DNA of 62,532 nt, filler included, from Dugesia japonica (taxonomy: Eukaryota), in assembly GCA_001938525.1 (NCBI GenBank). It is 7 parts of 7 records of this genome, joined end to end, with 100 filler letters (N's around TTAATTAATTAA, not from the genome) between each part and the next. Parts side by side here need not be neighbours in the genome. Positions count along the whole stretch, not along the records: positions 1 to 9,438 come from MQRL01586047.1; positions 9,539 to 18,054 come from MQRL01503849.1; 5 more parts are not named here. One strand, written 5' to 3'. The notes beneath the pieces were generated by a model. The model made no database searches. It worked only from the letters and a program-made list of their open reading frames with translations, and had not been told where the DNA came from. Below, one piece after another: positions 1 through 12,249 of this stretch. Each line of letters starts with the position of its first letter. Within the stretch, counting starts at the first letter, position 1. The translations under genes were made by a program, and so were the position numbers.

Positions 1-1550
1 TTGTTTAAATATTCTAATTATCAAAGAACAGATCTGTTTTGAATTGTGTAAATGCGTTTTGGAACTTTTTCGATTTTTATTTATTATTTTTACACAACAA
101 AAAATATTAAATAATAAAATTGATTAAATTAAAATTTATTAAGACGAATAATTCTATTTTTGTAACTCAATCTTAAATAGTTTTTATCCTTGAATTTTAT
201 TTAAAAAAATGTGAAACTAATAGTTTTGTTATTGAAAATTAATTTTTTTCGGGTGAATTTCCTTACAAATCATTCATAATTATACATAGAAAATTAATGC
301 AAAAATCGTTCATTCTCTAAAGAAACGAAATATTTAAAATGATTTTTCTTTCATTTTTTTTACTAGAAATTTAACAAATTTTAAAANNNNNNNNNNNNNN
401 NNNNNNNNNNNNNNNNNNNNNNNNNNNTTGAAATTTTTTTAATTAATAATTTTTTCAATTATTGTTGGGTTGTGAAGATCCTTAATAAGTTTCTTATTTC
501 ATAAAGTAAAAATTTAAATTTTTAAATAAATTGATTAGACATTGACTTTTAAATTTAATGAAAATAATCAGCCATTAATTTAATTATTTAAAGAAAATGA
601 AAGACAAAAAGTTTTATGGTAAACTTAAAGGTGTAATTACTTTTGAAAAATTAATGCGAAAAGAAGTAAGTATTATTTTGGAAGTTATATTGGATTTTTT
701 AATAGTCAATATTACTTAAAAATGATTTTATTTTATCTATATTATTTTTTTTAAAAATTCTTAATTAATCAAACTTATCTCAAAAATATTTATTTATGTT
801 TTTTGTAATTTGATTATTTAATAATTGTATTTGTTCTTAAATTAATTAAAATTAATTGAATTAAAATTATTTGTTTATTAAATCACATTTATATTTTGAA
901 AGTTGCATTATTTCTCATAANNNNNNNNNNNNNNNNNNNNNNNNNNNNNNNNNNNNNNNNNNNNNNNNNNNNNNNNNNNNNNTAAATGATTTTTTAAAGC
1001 ATTTACTGATTTCTATTATTTAGTTTTTAATTATAATATAAACTCCCAATTCACTCACTGACTAACTCTGGAATGCTCACACACAAGTAAAAAGTCAATA
1101 ATAATTTGTATGTGAGTTGGAATTAGCAAACTGTTAACGGATATTTGAATTAGTTTTGGGTGGTAAACTAGATCCGATTAACCGTGGGTTTTTGTGTGAA
1201 TCATCCGATATTCATTTGAGTTAATCAATCATTTTTTGACTTAAGAAAAAGATCATTCTTTTAGTGGTCTACTATATTACCAGCTGCAAACTTAAGATAA
1301 AGAAATATGTATTTCCTCTAATTATTGTCATTTTCAGATTGAAAATTAAAAAATTTCGGGAGCCTCAGAATAAACTACTTTATAAATATTTACAATTAAC
1401 TTTTTTTAACAATTGTCAAATAACGGAATATTGAAGAAATTCCNNNNNNNNNNNNNNNNNNNNNNNNNNNNNNNNNNNNNNNNNNNNNNNNNNNNNNNNN
1501 NNNNNNNNNNNNNNNNNNNNNNNNNNNNCAAATATAAATTTACTGTAGAC

Positions 1551-2300
1551 CAGTTGCGGACAAACGGTGGCCTTCCACAAATTTTTGTGTGACTAGAGAG
1601 CTAGAGTCATATTTCGAAACAAAATGACATTTTAAACATTAAATTTGAATATATAATCGAATTATACTTTAAATAAACCAATAAAATTTCGATAAAAGAT
1701 AAAGAATTTTGTAGCAGAGATCTATTGTCCTATTGAATCAATCGAAAAGTCATCATTCCTGGAGAAGAGGAGTGCCGAAAATTTGAATTTCTTTATAAAT
1801 TGATCGTTATTGAGATTTCATTAAAATAAAGAAAAGGCTTCGATCAAAATAAAATGTATTTGTAAAGAAATTCAAATTTTCGACAGGTTTACTTATAAAT
1901 TGTTTTATGGTTTTGTTAAAATCAAGAATTTTAAAGTGTGTGCGCACTTTGTGAATAAATATTTACAGCGAATCTGTAAATAATGCAAGTACACAAGTAG
2001 GATAAATTAGAGCGAGAAAGAGCACGATAAATCTTTGAAATGACAAATGTATTTCATGTTTCGAATTGAATGAATGAATGATCCCATCAGTTTGCTTTTT
2101 CTCGATAATTTTTGCGGTTGTCTTCACGCTTGAACTTGCAAAAATAATTGTTGCACCCTTTTCAAAATGAATACAAAACAAATAATTGATCAGGAACATT
2201 GCATTTTTAATGAAAAGTCGATAACAAAATATTTTTTTACTTACGTAAATAAAAAAACAATTTGTCTCATTTGCCAGAAAAGTGTATCGCATGAGTTAAA
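1551..2300 (+). mobile_element. hAT (Charlie/SPIN, GTF2IRD2-like) transposon 5' remnant, interrupted by hammerhead-repeat copies
   Basis: CAGTTGCGGACAAAC-type hAT terminus at 1551. ORF 2167 reads IDQEHCIFNEKSITKYFFTYVNKKTICLICQKSVS, resembling the N-terminal BED-finger region of Charlie/SPIN transposases. Confidence 0.55.
1666..1887. repeat. Rearranged copy of the hammerhead-bearing dispersed repeat
   Basis: 1666-1800 is an inverted copy of 3145-3280, and 1800-1880 is a direct copy of 3089-3167. A degenerate core CTGGAGA...GCCGAAAATTTGAAT lies at 1759-1788. Confidence 0.8.
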
Positions 2301-3049
2301 ATTTGGACTTAATTATCAATTTTTTGAGGAATACGCACCTCATAAAATTATATTTTCTTCCTTTGTACACATTATTTAAATAATCAACTATGTCAATGAT
2401 TAAGAATTTATAAATAAAATATTATAAATAAATACAATTGATTACAAAATAAATGGCAACTTTAATTAGAATTTAATTATAAAACTTTATAAAAAAAACT
2501 TTAATATTCAAACAACTAAAAAAAATTCTCATCTAAAATGGTTTAAAGTTCTCCTTATAATTTTATATAATTATTTTATCTAATTTGAAATTTAAAACTC
2601 GATATTTCAAACTTATCAATTTGTGATATCGCGATTTTGTTTCATTTTAAATCAATTTTAATTGATACTCAAATCGGTATTAGATTTTTTTAATACTTTT
2701 CATGAAGACAAATTTGTTATTATTCAATTTTCTATTTATTTTGAAAATCATAAGTCGAAGTTATCCTCCAAGTTATTGGGTTAATAAATTTTGGTGCTGT
2801 AAAATCCATTTAGTAGTGAGGAGCTCTTAGGCCCACCATTAGAATTAATTTTAGGCTGGTATTGTAATACCGTTGTTTCTTCTTACAATTTATAGAAGTG
2901 TTTAATTCCTTAAAATCACACGCTTTAATATTTAATTTGATTTTTATTTTAAACAATTGTTAAATAATTTTGATTTAAATAAATCTTATTTAAAATTAGT
3001 TGTTATTTTAGTTATTTATCCTATTAATTATTGATATTAATTTTTGTAA

Positions 3050-3280
3050 TTACAATTATTGTGAAAATAATTGTTTGACTTAACCATTGATCGTTATTGA
3101 GATTTCATTAAAATAAAGAAAAGGCTTCGATCAAAATAAAATGTGTTTGTAAAGAAATTCATATTTTAAACACTCGTCTTGTTCAGGAATGATGACTTTT
3201 CGATTGATTCAATAGGACAATAAATCTCTACTACAAAATTCTTTATCTTTTATCGAAATTTTATTGGTTTATTTAAAGTA
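3050..3280 (-). repeat. Hammerhead-bearing dispersed repeat copy (degenerate core)
   Basis: Shares the TTGATCG...TTTCATTAAAATAAA..GCTTCGATCAAAA block with 14291, 22020, 27425, 57365 and 58520. The minus strand reads CCTGAACAAGACGAGTGTTTAAAA. Confidence 0.8.
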
Positions 3281-3988
3281 AAGTTTCTCTATTTTAAACA
3301 TAAATCTCAAAAAAACTGTTTTTTATTAATATTAAAATATTACAATATTAAAACTCTAATTTCTTACTAATTCTTTCAAAATTTCTGAATTATTTTAGTT
3401 ATTGAAAGTCTTTGAAAACTTTTTTATTTATTGAAAACTTTTAATTTTTGTGTAATTCTTGAAAATGTTTTATTTTAAAATTATTTAAAATTATTTATTT
3501 TAAAATTATTTAAAATTTTTCACTATTGTATTTATTGAAAATCTTTGATAATTTTAATTATTGAATAAATTACCGAAAAAAAAAAATTTTAATTATTGTA
3601 ATTATTGAAAATCACGTTTGTGAGTATATTTTGAAAAGCGGGTTGAAATTTTTGTGTGATTGGTGATCATTTTTTTTTGAAATAAATCTTTTATTTAAAA
3701 AAAGATTTAAATTAGAGATGGAAATTTTAAATAACGAAAATTTAGTTATAAATTTTAAATGACAATTAATTAAAATTTAGGATTTTGAAATAAACGAAAA
3801 TTTAGTTAAACTGTTTTAAAATAACGTAAAATAAATTTTTAATAATTTGAAAAATGATCACCAATTAAAACAAGGGATTTTAATTTGTTTAAATAAACAA
3901 ATAATGTTGGATATAGTTTTTATTTGAAATAAATTTTATCGAGTTGAATTTTTATGTTGATAATCCGAGTTCTCAAAACTCCTCTAAC

Positions 3989-6215
3989 ATGGTGGCAGCG
4001 GTAAACACCGATGCGATAACAGAGAGATTGTTTCCAAAAATATTTTACAGAGGCGATGGATCTAGAAAAAGTTTATTAAACGGTGTGAAATATATTTCGA
4101 AGCAAAGAACATCGTTGTTAAGAAAGATCAGGAACGTTGGGTAACATGTATGCTACATGAAGATTTAATGGAAGCATATGTGAGGACATTGAAGTAAGTT
4201 GATAGATATCGAGAGAGATTGCAATTAGCTTTTGAAAGCAAGAGAGACATAATAAAAGATTTACAGAATTTTGTAAGCTTTCGACGTGGTGATGAAGAAC
4301 TTGAGGGTTTTTTTAAAAAAGTGTAGGATTTGGTCGATAAATATTTAGCCTATGGAGAGCTGACGAAAGAAAAACCACTAGAATCAACGCATTATTGCCA
4401 ACTTGAAGCAAGTTTATTTATTAAATCCGGAGTTCTGGTAGCGATGAAGTTGGCAAATGCGTTTTTGGCATTGTCTTGGTTTTTGAACCATTTCTCTTGG
4501 CGAAAGTTGTCCAGATGCTTAAAAAAGCGATAGCTGGTGTGCGAGAGATCCGGCAAGTAAGGTGAATGAGACAGAGTCTCGTAGTCCAATTAGTGCAACT
4601 TCTGCAGGGTCATTTATGCGACGTGTGGCCGAGCGTTGTCATGTAGAAGAATTGACACATTTCTGTTGACTAATGCTGGATACATACGTTGAAGCTTTTG
4701 GTGGATTTCATCAATTTGTTGACAGTACTTCTCTGTTGTAGTCGTTTTGACTGGATTCAGGAAGCTGTGATGGATAAGACCTGCTGCAGTCCACCAAACA
4801 ATCACTATAACCTTCTTTTGATGAAATGCCGGCTTCGGAAAGTGTTGTGGTTGTTGATCGCGGTTCACCCACTACACCGAACGTTGCCGGTTGTCATAGA
4901 GAATCCATTTTTTGTCGCACATTAAAATTTGTTCAAGAAAAGGATCATTTTTGTTGCGCAAGTAAAACGAAGATGCAACTTCAAAACGACCGTTTTATTT
5001 GCTATTTTGTCAATTCGTGCAGCACTCACTTATGGAGCTTTTTTGTCTTTTCAATTTGCTTTAAATGACAAACAACGGTTGATTGGTCAACATTGAGCTC
5101 TTTAGCAACTTTTTGTGTGGTTTTGTGAGAATCAGCTTTGATTGACTGCTTCAATTTCTCATTATCAATGGGTGATGGACGTCTGGAATGAGGCTCATCA
5201 TCGAGGCTGGTATTGTCAGAACGAAACTATTGATACCAACGTGGCACCGTACATTCGTAGACACTTGACTCGCCCCAAACTTCATTGATGTTTCGAGCGT
5301 TTTGAGCGGCATTACGTCTTAGTTTGAACTCATAGAAGAAAATATTGCGGAAATCGTGTTTCAAAATCTGTGAATAAAAGCCAAATTATAGACAGAAAAA
5401 ATTACAATAAATTTTAAATAAATATTTAGAAAGAGCATAAAATAAGCTTATGAATGATATATAACTTATTGATTTAAACTTGAGATAAATACAAAACATC
5501 AAAAACCTGCATTTATATTCCATTAACTTAATAATAAAAAAGCAGAAGAGATTATCATGCAAAAAATGGAGAAAGTAGAAGATATAAAATAAACGTTATC
5601 TTTGGTTGAAAAAATAGAAAGAAGAGAACCTATTAACGTAGTAAAGAGTTACGTGGGTGTAACACGTAGAGAACGTTCCGGAGAAAGGAGACAAAATATT
5701 AAGAGAGTTACAAAAAGAACAAAACCACAGTGTTGGACATGCAAGAGTTATGAGCATACAAAAAGAGAGTGTCCAAAAAATTCTCATGTGAAATGTTGGA
5801 CTTGTCAGAACAATGGCATTTAAATAGAAATTGTCCAGACAAGAAACCACTAAAATGTTTATGGTTTATCTTGATGATATTCTCATATTTACCGAAACAA
5901 AGGAGCAACACTATGAAATAATCAATAAAGTATTAACAGAAATTATNNNNNNNNNNNNNNNNNNNNNNNNNNNNNNNNNNNNNNNNNNNNNNNNNNAATA
6001 ATCAATAAAGTATTAACAGAAATTATGAAGGCTGGTCTTAGAGTTAATCCAGAGAAATGTCAATTCATGCGAAAGAAAATCAAATAAGACACGTTATCAG
6101 TAAAGAAGGTGTCAAAACCGATCCAACTAAAATAGAAACAATTAAGAACTTTAGTAAACCAAACTGCGTTAAGAAAATGAGAAGCTTTTTAGGAATTTGC
6201 TATTACTATCAAAAT
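3989..6215 (+). mobile_element. Gypsy LTR retrotransposon relic (PBS, gag, RT fragment), split by a mariner
   Basis: LTR-end ...ACA is followed by PBS TGGTGGCAGCGG at 3989. Zinc knuckles CWTCKSYEHTKREC and CWTCQNNG lie at 5730-5835, and RT/connection sequence VISKEGVKTDPTKIETIKNFSKPNCVKKMRSFLGICYYY at 6090-6210. Confidence 0.85.
4372..5533 (-). mobile_element. mariner transposon (Hsmar1/cecropia-like), degenerate, 3'-truncated
   Basis: TIR TATTAAGTTAATGGAATATAAATGCAGGTTTTTG at 5533. Translated motifs HQKKVIVIVWW, ILLHDNARPHV, HSPYLPDLS and FFKHLDNF. Confidence 0.92.
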
Positions 6216-6590
6216 TATTATAAAATTGCATACACCATTTGCAAAGAAACATATGTGTGTAACATTCAGAACCAACTGTTCAAGAATTAAGGAATCTCTC
6301 AAGCGAAAGAAAAGTGAAGTCTTCAAACACTTTCAACACAAGCATAACATTTCACCAAAACAACATTATGTAACATAGAAACCACTAGGAACTGGCTACA
6401 CTTCCACACTTCACAGGAAAAAACATGAAGAAATAATAATTAATACTAATTAATCACGTAAAATCAATGTGATTTATAATAATAAAATACTAAAAATGTT
6501 TCTATTCCATAAATCTGGAATAAATCAAAATGTTAATTACCGATGAAGAAAATTGTCTAAAATATGAATTACTAACAACAAAAAAATATT

Positions 6591-6916
6591 AAATTTTTAT
6601 CGAAACGTTTCATTTAATGAAAAGATTAAAAAACACTGAAATAAAATAAATTAGAGTGGAGAAAAATTATAATTTTTCATTTAATAATCATTTTAATAAT
6701 TTACAAAATTGCAGAGAAATATGAAGACCGAATAAAATATTTATTTTTAACAATTAAATATCATGAACCAGTTCCATCATCTATGTACTGTGTTCCTAAA
6801 GATCAAAGTCGATAAATGATTATTAAATGACAAATTATAATTTTTCTCCACTCTAATTTATTTTATTTCAGTGTTTTTTAATCTTTTCATTAAATGAAAC
6901 GTTTTGATAAAAATTT
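6591..6916. repeat. ~100-bp near-perfect inverted repeat (foldback)
   Basis: 6591-6693 is the reverse complement of 6815-6916, with a spacer of ~120 bp. Confidence 0.9.
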
Positions 6917-7393
6917 TGTTTTTTTAATATTTTTGTTTATTTATTATTTTATTTATAATTTGATTTTCAATGAAGTTCAAAACATCTCTTTTTCCAAACT
7001 TTTAAATTAATGAAATCTCAAATCCGATCAATGCTTAAGTCCAACAATTATTCTCGCAATAATTTTAATTTTAAAATTTTTAGTTAATCTTCAAATAACA
7101 ATAAACTTAACAGTTCTTACGTAATATTGATTAATAAACATGATACATTAGATTTTATTGATTAACATTAGGATAGTTTAAATAAATAATTTTCAAACTT
7201 GATGAACTTGAATATCGGATATTTGTGCGATATATGATTATAATAAAAATATTAAATTATTCATATAGTAATTGTAAATAGATAATTTTGTATTGTTTGA
7301 AAATTGTAAAATAAAAGCTTTTATTTCAACATAAGTCTAATTTTTCAAGTATCGGAAATAGCGTGTTTTTAATCAAGGCACTATCTTGTATAC

Positions 7394-7860
7394 CAGGAGT
7401 TGGAACCTTTTTTATTAGTCGGGCATATTTCTGAAATATAAACGTTTTGCGGGCACAAAAAACACACACATTCCTGGAAAACTACCACTTCAGGAAAACA
7501 CAAGAAAACAAGTTATTACGTATGATGAGCATATTTTTCTTCCTCACGATTTTTGTAATCGAAATGAGGATTGTGGAAAAAGAAAATATTTAGTTTAGTA
7601 TATGCACAAACAGTAGTAAAAAAATCTCTAGAATTAGAAAAGTTTAATTGAGTCCTAAGTCAAAATTTAATTTCAATTTTCAAAATACATAAATTCTACA
7701 ATTATTAAAATAGAAATTAAAATCATATTTCCCAATTCTTAAGATTTTACTTAAGTTTTTATTACGCTTATTTACTAGTTTTTGGATATTTGAATGTGAG
7801 TACTTTAAAATTGTCTCGTGGGCACCAAGATGCCAGCGAGCACCATGTAACCGTTCCCTG
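7394..7860. mobile_element. hAT-type MITE
   Basis: Degenerate ends CAGGAGTTGGAACCTTTTT ... GCACCATGTAACCGTTCCCTG, typical of Charlie-like non-autonomous elements. Confidence 0.5.
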
Positions 7861-7965
7861 GTGTTCCCTAAAGTTAAACATTAGTTGTAAATTTGAACAT
7901 TTCTAAAATGTTTAAAACAATATTTTGTGTAATATCACAAAAATTTTCATTATTTATATTTTTAG

Positions 7966-8051
7966 ATTATTGGTTTGACCGGTATAGTTGTATTTGCTTC
8001 TTCCTTGGCAATTGGAATAGTGTATCATACACTAACAAAAAATGACTTACT
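7966..8051 (+). CDS. Probable host exon encoding a transmembrane segment (IIGLTGIVVFASSLAIGIVYHTLTKNDL)
   Basis: TTTAG acceptor, GTAATT donor at 8052, and a hydrophobic helix. The frame continues across a 52-nt intron. Confidence 0.45.
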
Positions 8052-8103
8052 GTAATTATTTATTAAGGATTCATCTCTTTATGTTTATTTTTTCTTAATT
8101 AAG

Positions 8104-8176
8104 ACTCAATAGATTTAAAAGATCTAGAGGAATTTACTATGCATCTGACGATATTGACGAAACAAAAAGAGCACGA
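8104..8176 (+). CDS. Probable next exon, basic juxtamembrane/cytoplasmic tail (LNRFKRSRGIYYASDDIDETKRAR)
   Basis: AG acceptor at 8102-8103, in frame with the previous exon, and a possible GTAATT donor at 8177. Confidence 0.42.
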
Positions 8177-8280
8177 GTAATTTTTTATTAACTTTTTTAT
8201 TAACCTTATAAAGTGAGTCGATAATGAAACAACAATAAAAATTCTATAATCTCAATCGTCAGTGATGAGATTAAATATTA

Positions 8281-9400
8281 TACAGGGTGTGTAAAACGTA
8301 ACTACCAGATTTTAAAATTTTATATTGTTAAATGTATTTGAAATATTTTAACACTATAAAATTCAAATATTAAAATTTAATATTTTTCTTCAGAACATCC
8401 ATTAACATTGGTACAAGTTTGTAAACTATTATAAAAAGAATCCATAGCATTTACACACTTAAGCTACATCTTCCTCAGATAAATCTTTCAGGTCTTGGAT
8501 CGTTTATGATTTTAACGTATAAAACTTTGTCTTCAGGTATCCCCAAAGAAAGAAATCTATTAGTGAAAGGTCTAGTGATCTTGCATCCCAATTGAATGGT
8601 CCACATCTTTTAATCTACCTTCCTGGAAATTTTGTGTTAAATAAATGTCTAACCTCAAACGAGTAATGAGTAATTTCTTGTTAAAAAATTATTTTTGATA
8701 TTTTTTGGGAAGACTTTGAAACATGAGGTAAGATTTAAGCATATCTAAATAATTAGAACCATTCATATTTTCATGAAAGAAGAAGGGACCATCAAGACGT
8801 GACATGGAAATACCCATCCAACCTTTGAATTGGAAGGTTAATAATCTTGGGATTATGGGATTGGGCGGTTTGGTTCCCAAAATTCTGCAGTTGTGTCTAT
8901 TGACAAATCTAATTAAATAAAAAGTGGCTTCATCAGTGTAAGTAAGATTTTCTAGAAATGCTGAATCATTATTGATTTCAGTAAGTAACGTTTGACACAT
9001 TCCTATCCTTTCAGCATAATCTTTATCATGCAGCTGATGGAGCATTTGAATTTGTATGGAAAATTTGTTATTTACGTCGTAGTACATTATGTACTGTTTT
9101 GAAACTCCATTCATATTCCTTAGCAGCATTTCTGGTAGAAATCATAAGAGCTTCTTCATAAATTTCACAAATTTTATCTATTTTTCTGTCATCAATTGAA
9201 GGTCTTCAAGTCTTGCGAATATCGCAAATACTGCCAGTCTTNTTAAATTTTGTAAATATATCGGTTAAAGTCTTCACCGTAGGTATATTTTTCTATTTGA
9301 TTTTTCTTAAATGTTTTAGAACTAATGTCGCTGAATTCTTCTGAGCAATCGACAATACAATTTATACTATTTCTTTCTTCAATAGTGAGCATTATACAAA
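8281..9400 (-). mobile_element. Tc1/mariner-superfamily transposon (DD37D/DD41D-like), degenerate
   Basis: TA-CAGGGTG terminus at 8281. Motifs TYTDEATFYL..VNRHNCRI, GPFFF and ARSLDLSLIDFFLWGYLKTK. Confidence 0.88.
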
Positions 9401-9539
9401 CTTGAATTCATTGCGCCTAAATTTATTTAGTATTAATTNNNNNNNNNNNNNNNNNNNNNNNNNNNNNNNNNNNNNNNNNNNNTTAATTAATTAANNNNNN
9501 NNNNNNNNNNNNNNNNNNNNNNNNNNNNNNNNNNNNNNT

Positions 9540-10700
9540 TACTAATTACACTAAAATATACATTAATTTCGTTAAAATATATACAAACATCATAAAATTG
9601 AGTACAAACTTTAAACGACTTCACTAAAAATATAATAATGTCTGTACTATTTTCATAAGTATAAACTAATTTTATAATTACATAGTAATTTTGTTTAAAC
9701 AGCATATGAAGTACAATAAGTGGCGTATCAATATCACTGAGACATATACAAACATCATTAATTCATACATAGATTTACTATAAATATACATAATTGTCAT
9801 TGAAATATACAACAATTTATTGCNNNNNNNNNNNNNNNNNNNNNNNNNNNNNNNNNNNNNNNNNNNNNNNNNNAATTATACAAATACCATACAGACATAC
9901 ATAAATTAACTACAAAATTTATCGATTTCATAAAAATATTTGATAATTACATAACCACATATACAATAGCTTCATACAAATATAACCAAATTTCATGTAA
10001 AGTTATATTTATTTCATTATCACACAACCAATTTCATTAAGTATTTTAATAATTACACTAAAATATACATTAATTTTATAAGAATATATATGCACTTAGA
10101 ATTATTCACAAAACCTTAATAGTTATACTAAAACGTACGATATTTTCATACAAAATGGATACTATTATCATGAGTATACAGTAGTTTCATTACTTTACTT
10201 TTCAATAATTTACAAAATATTTTAAAACTAAAACGTCAATTTCATAGAAACATAAACAAATATTATTAATTTATAACAATTACATTAAAATATATATTAA
10301 TTTCATCGGAATATATACATACTTCATACAATTATACACGAACGTTTCTAAAACAATTTCATAAAAAATATGTACTAATTCCATAAATGTGTATTAAATT
10401 CAAAAAGTAATATACTAATTTCAGTAAAACATGTACAAATCCAATTAATTTGCAATAATTATAAAAAACTATAATGATATCGTACAAACCTTATTAAATC
10501 ATACAACAATTGCATTGAGTATTGTGATACATTTATTGAAAATATGCATTAATTTTGTTAGAATATAAGCATAAATGTGATTATACATAAATGTAAATAA
10601 GTTTACTAAAACGTTCAACAATTCCATACATAAAATATATACTAATTCCAGATATTTAATGATAATTAAACAAACCTAATAAAAATATACATAAAATATA
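9540..10700. repeat. Degenerate AT-rich tandem repeat (~230-255-bp unit)
   Basis: AATTACACTAAAATATACATTAATTT-like motif recurs at ~9543, 9776, 10051, 10279 and 10535. Confidence 0.55.
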
Positions 10701-11879
10701 ATAATTACATAACCATATATACAATAAATAAAATTTCATCATGGAAAATCAAAGTTTCAAGAGGAAAAATGAAATTTCATCATCATGTAAACCTGTGAAT
10801 ATACTGCTATTCAATTCGTTTGGATATATTTTTCTGCAAATGACTGTTTCATATCTTTCGAAATTGTTAAAATCAATTGTTTACAACCAAATTCGGTATA
10901 AGTATCCATTTACAACCACTTGTGGATAACACTGCTTATTATGGATGAAATATCAACATTGNCATTTTATAGTTGTTTTATAAAAATAGATGTTTTAATC
11001 AAAAATATTTTTTAACTTAATTAACTAAAGATTATTATTATCAAGATAATTATAAATAATATGTCAAATTTTCATTCGAAAACAGAGCATGTATTTATTT
11101 TACACATAAATGAAATGGTTCCTATCATTAACTCATAACATATAGTAAACAAATAAATAACTTGTTAAAAAATGAACGGTTTAAAACTGTATTTGTATTT
11201 TCAAAACTTTCATATGAATTATTGGATACTAATTTTCTTCTTCAAACTATAACTATACACGAATTTGAATTTGCTTGTTTTAGAACAATCCATTTATAAA
11301 TTTTCGTTGTTTATTTTATGCATAACCCGAGGGTATTTTATAAATATCTAGAGTATCTGAAATCGATGATAGTCATTATGCTGCAAATTTATTTAATATA
11401 TTTTGCATTAACTCTATTCAGTTTTTTTTAATTAATCTCAATCATTGTAATATGTATTTTCGCTATTTAATATTATTTTTTAAAACTACCTTGTCAAGTA
11501 AATTCACATTCTTGTCTCACATTAATATTAAAAAAATTATCAATTAATTAAATTTATACTAGACATTTATTATATTAATTTAGAAGTCATTTTGATTTTA
11601 ATTAAAGTAAAATAAAAAAAATTAATCTTTTCTAAACTTAGAAANCATTTATACCTTCATAAAGTTAGCATAATATCATCCGCTGTTTACGTCAGAAGTC
11701 TATAAGGTATAATTTATTCATTGTTCTTACAGAAAGAAATTTTGATAAATAAAATTAATACTAATATTAACTGAAACTTCCAAAATAAAGAGATAGAAAT
11801 GTTTGAACTTGTAAATTTATTTACTATCTATCACTTTTTAACTGATTTTAATTTGATATCATGTTTACTGACTCTAAAG

Positions 11880-12160
11880 CAAGGATGCACAACCCATGAG
11901 TCGAATTTGGGCCGCCAAATGATTTTTCCGTCTTCAGCAAATTATAACACCATAAAAAACTGTCCCAAAGAAAATAATTATAGTATGGAAATCATGTTTT
12001 CACTGACTCATATCAATTAAGCTAATTCCAAATATACAACCTTTTGAAGTATACTGAGATGGTTTCATAAATTATAAAACATACATTTTCGAGATTGTGG
12101 CCCTAAATAATTTTGGAATTTTCAATTTGCCCCTTCGCTTAAAAAGGCTGTGCATCGCTG
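11880..12160. mobile_element. hAT MITE
   Basis: TIRs CAAGGATGCACAACC / GGCTGTGCATCGCTG and 8-bp TSD CTCTAAAG / CTCCATAG. Confidence 0.8.
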
Positions 12161-12249
12161 CTCCATAGGATAAATTTTATTATAGTAGATGAATGCAGAT
12201 ACAGACAGACAATTGGAAAATAAAATTTGATCTGTTACATAATCAATAC

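Noticed and set aside
4689-5068. Plus-strand ORFs 4689 and 4826 (and similar antisense ORFs at 38910, 49045, 52494, 61290)
   Set aside because: Shadow frames opposite recognisable coding sequences.
5917-6026. Direct repeats flanking gaps (also 54608/54673 and 55256/55317)
   Set aside because: Unmerged contig overlaps on either side of N runs; assembly artefact.
9483-9494. TTAATTAATTAA flanked by N runs (also ~18099, 26382, 35270, 45796, 54235)
   Set aside because: Identical 12-mer always centred in N gaps, with stops in all frames: a scaffolding linker, not biology.
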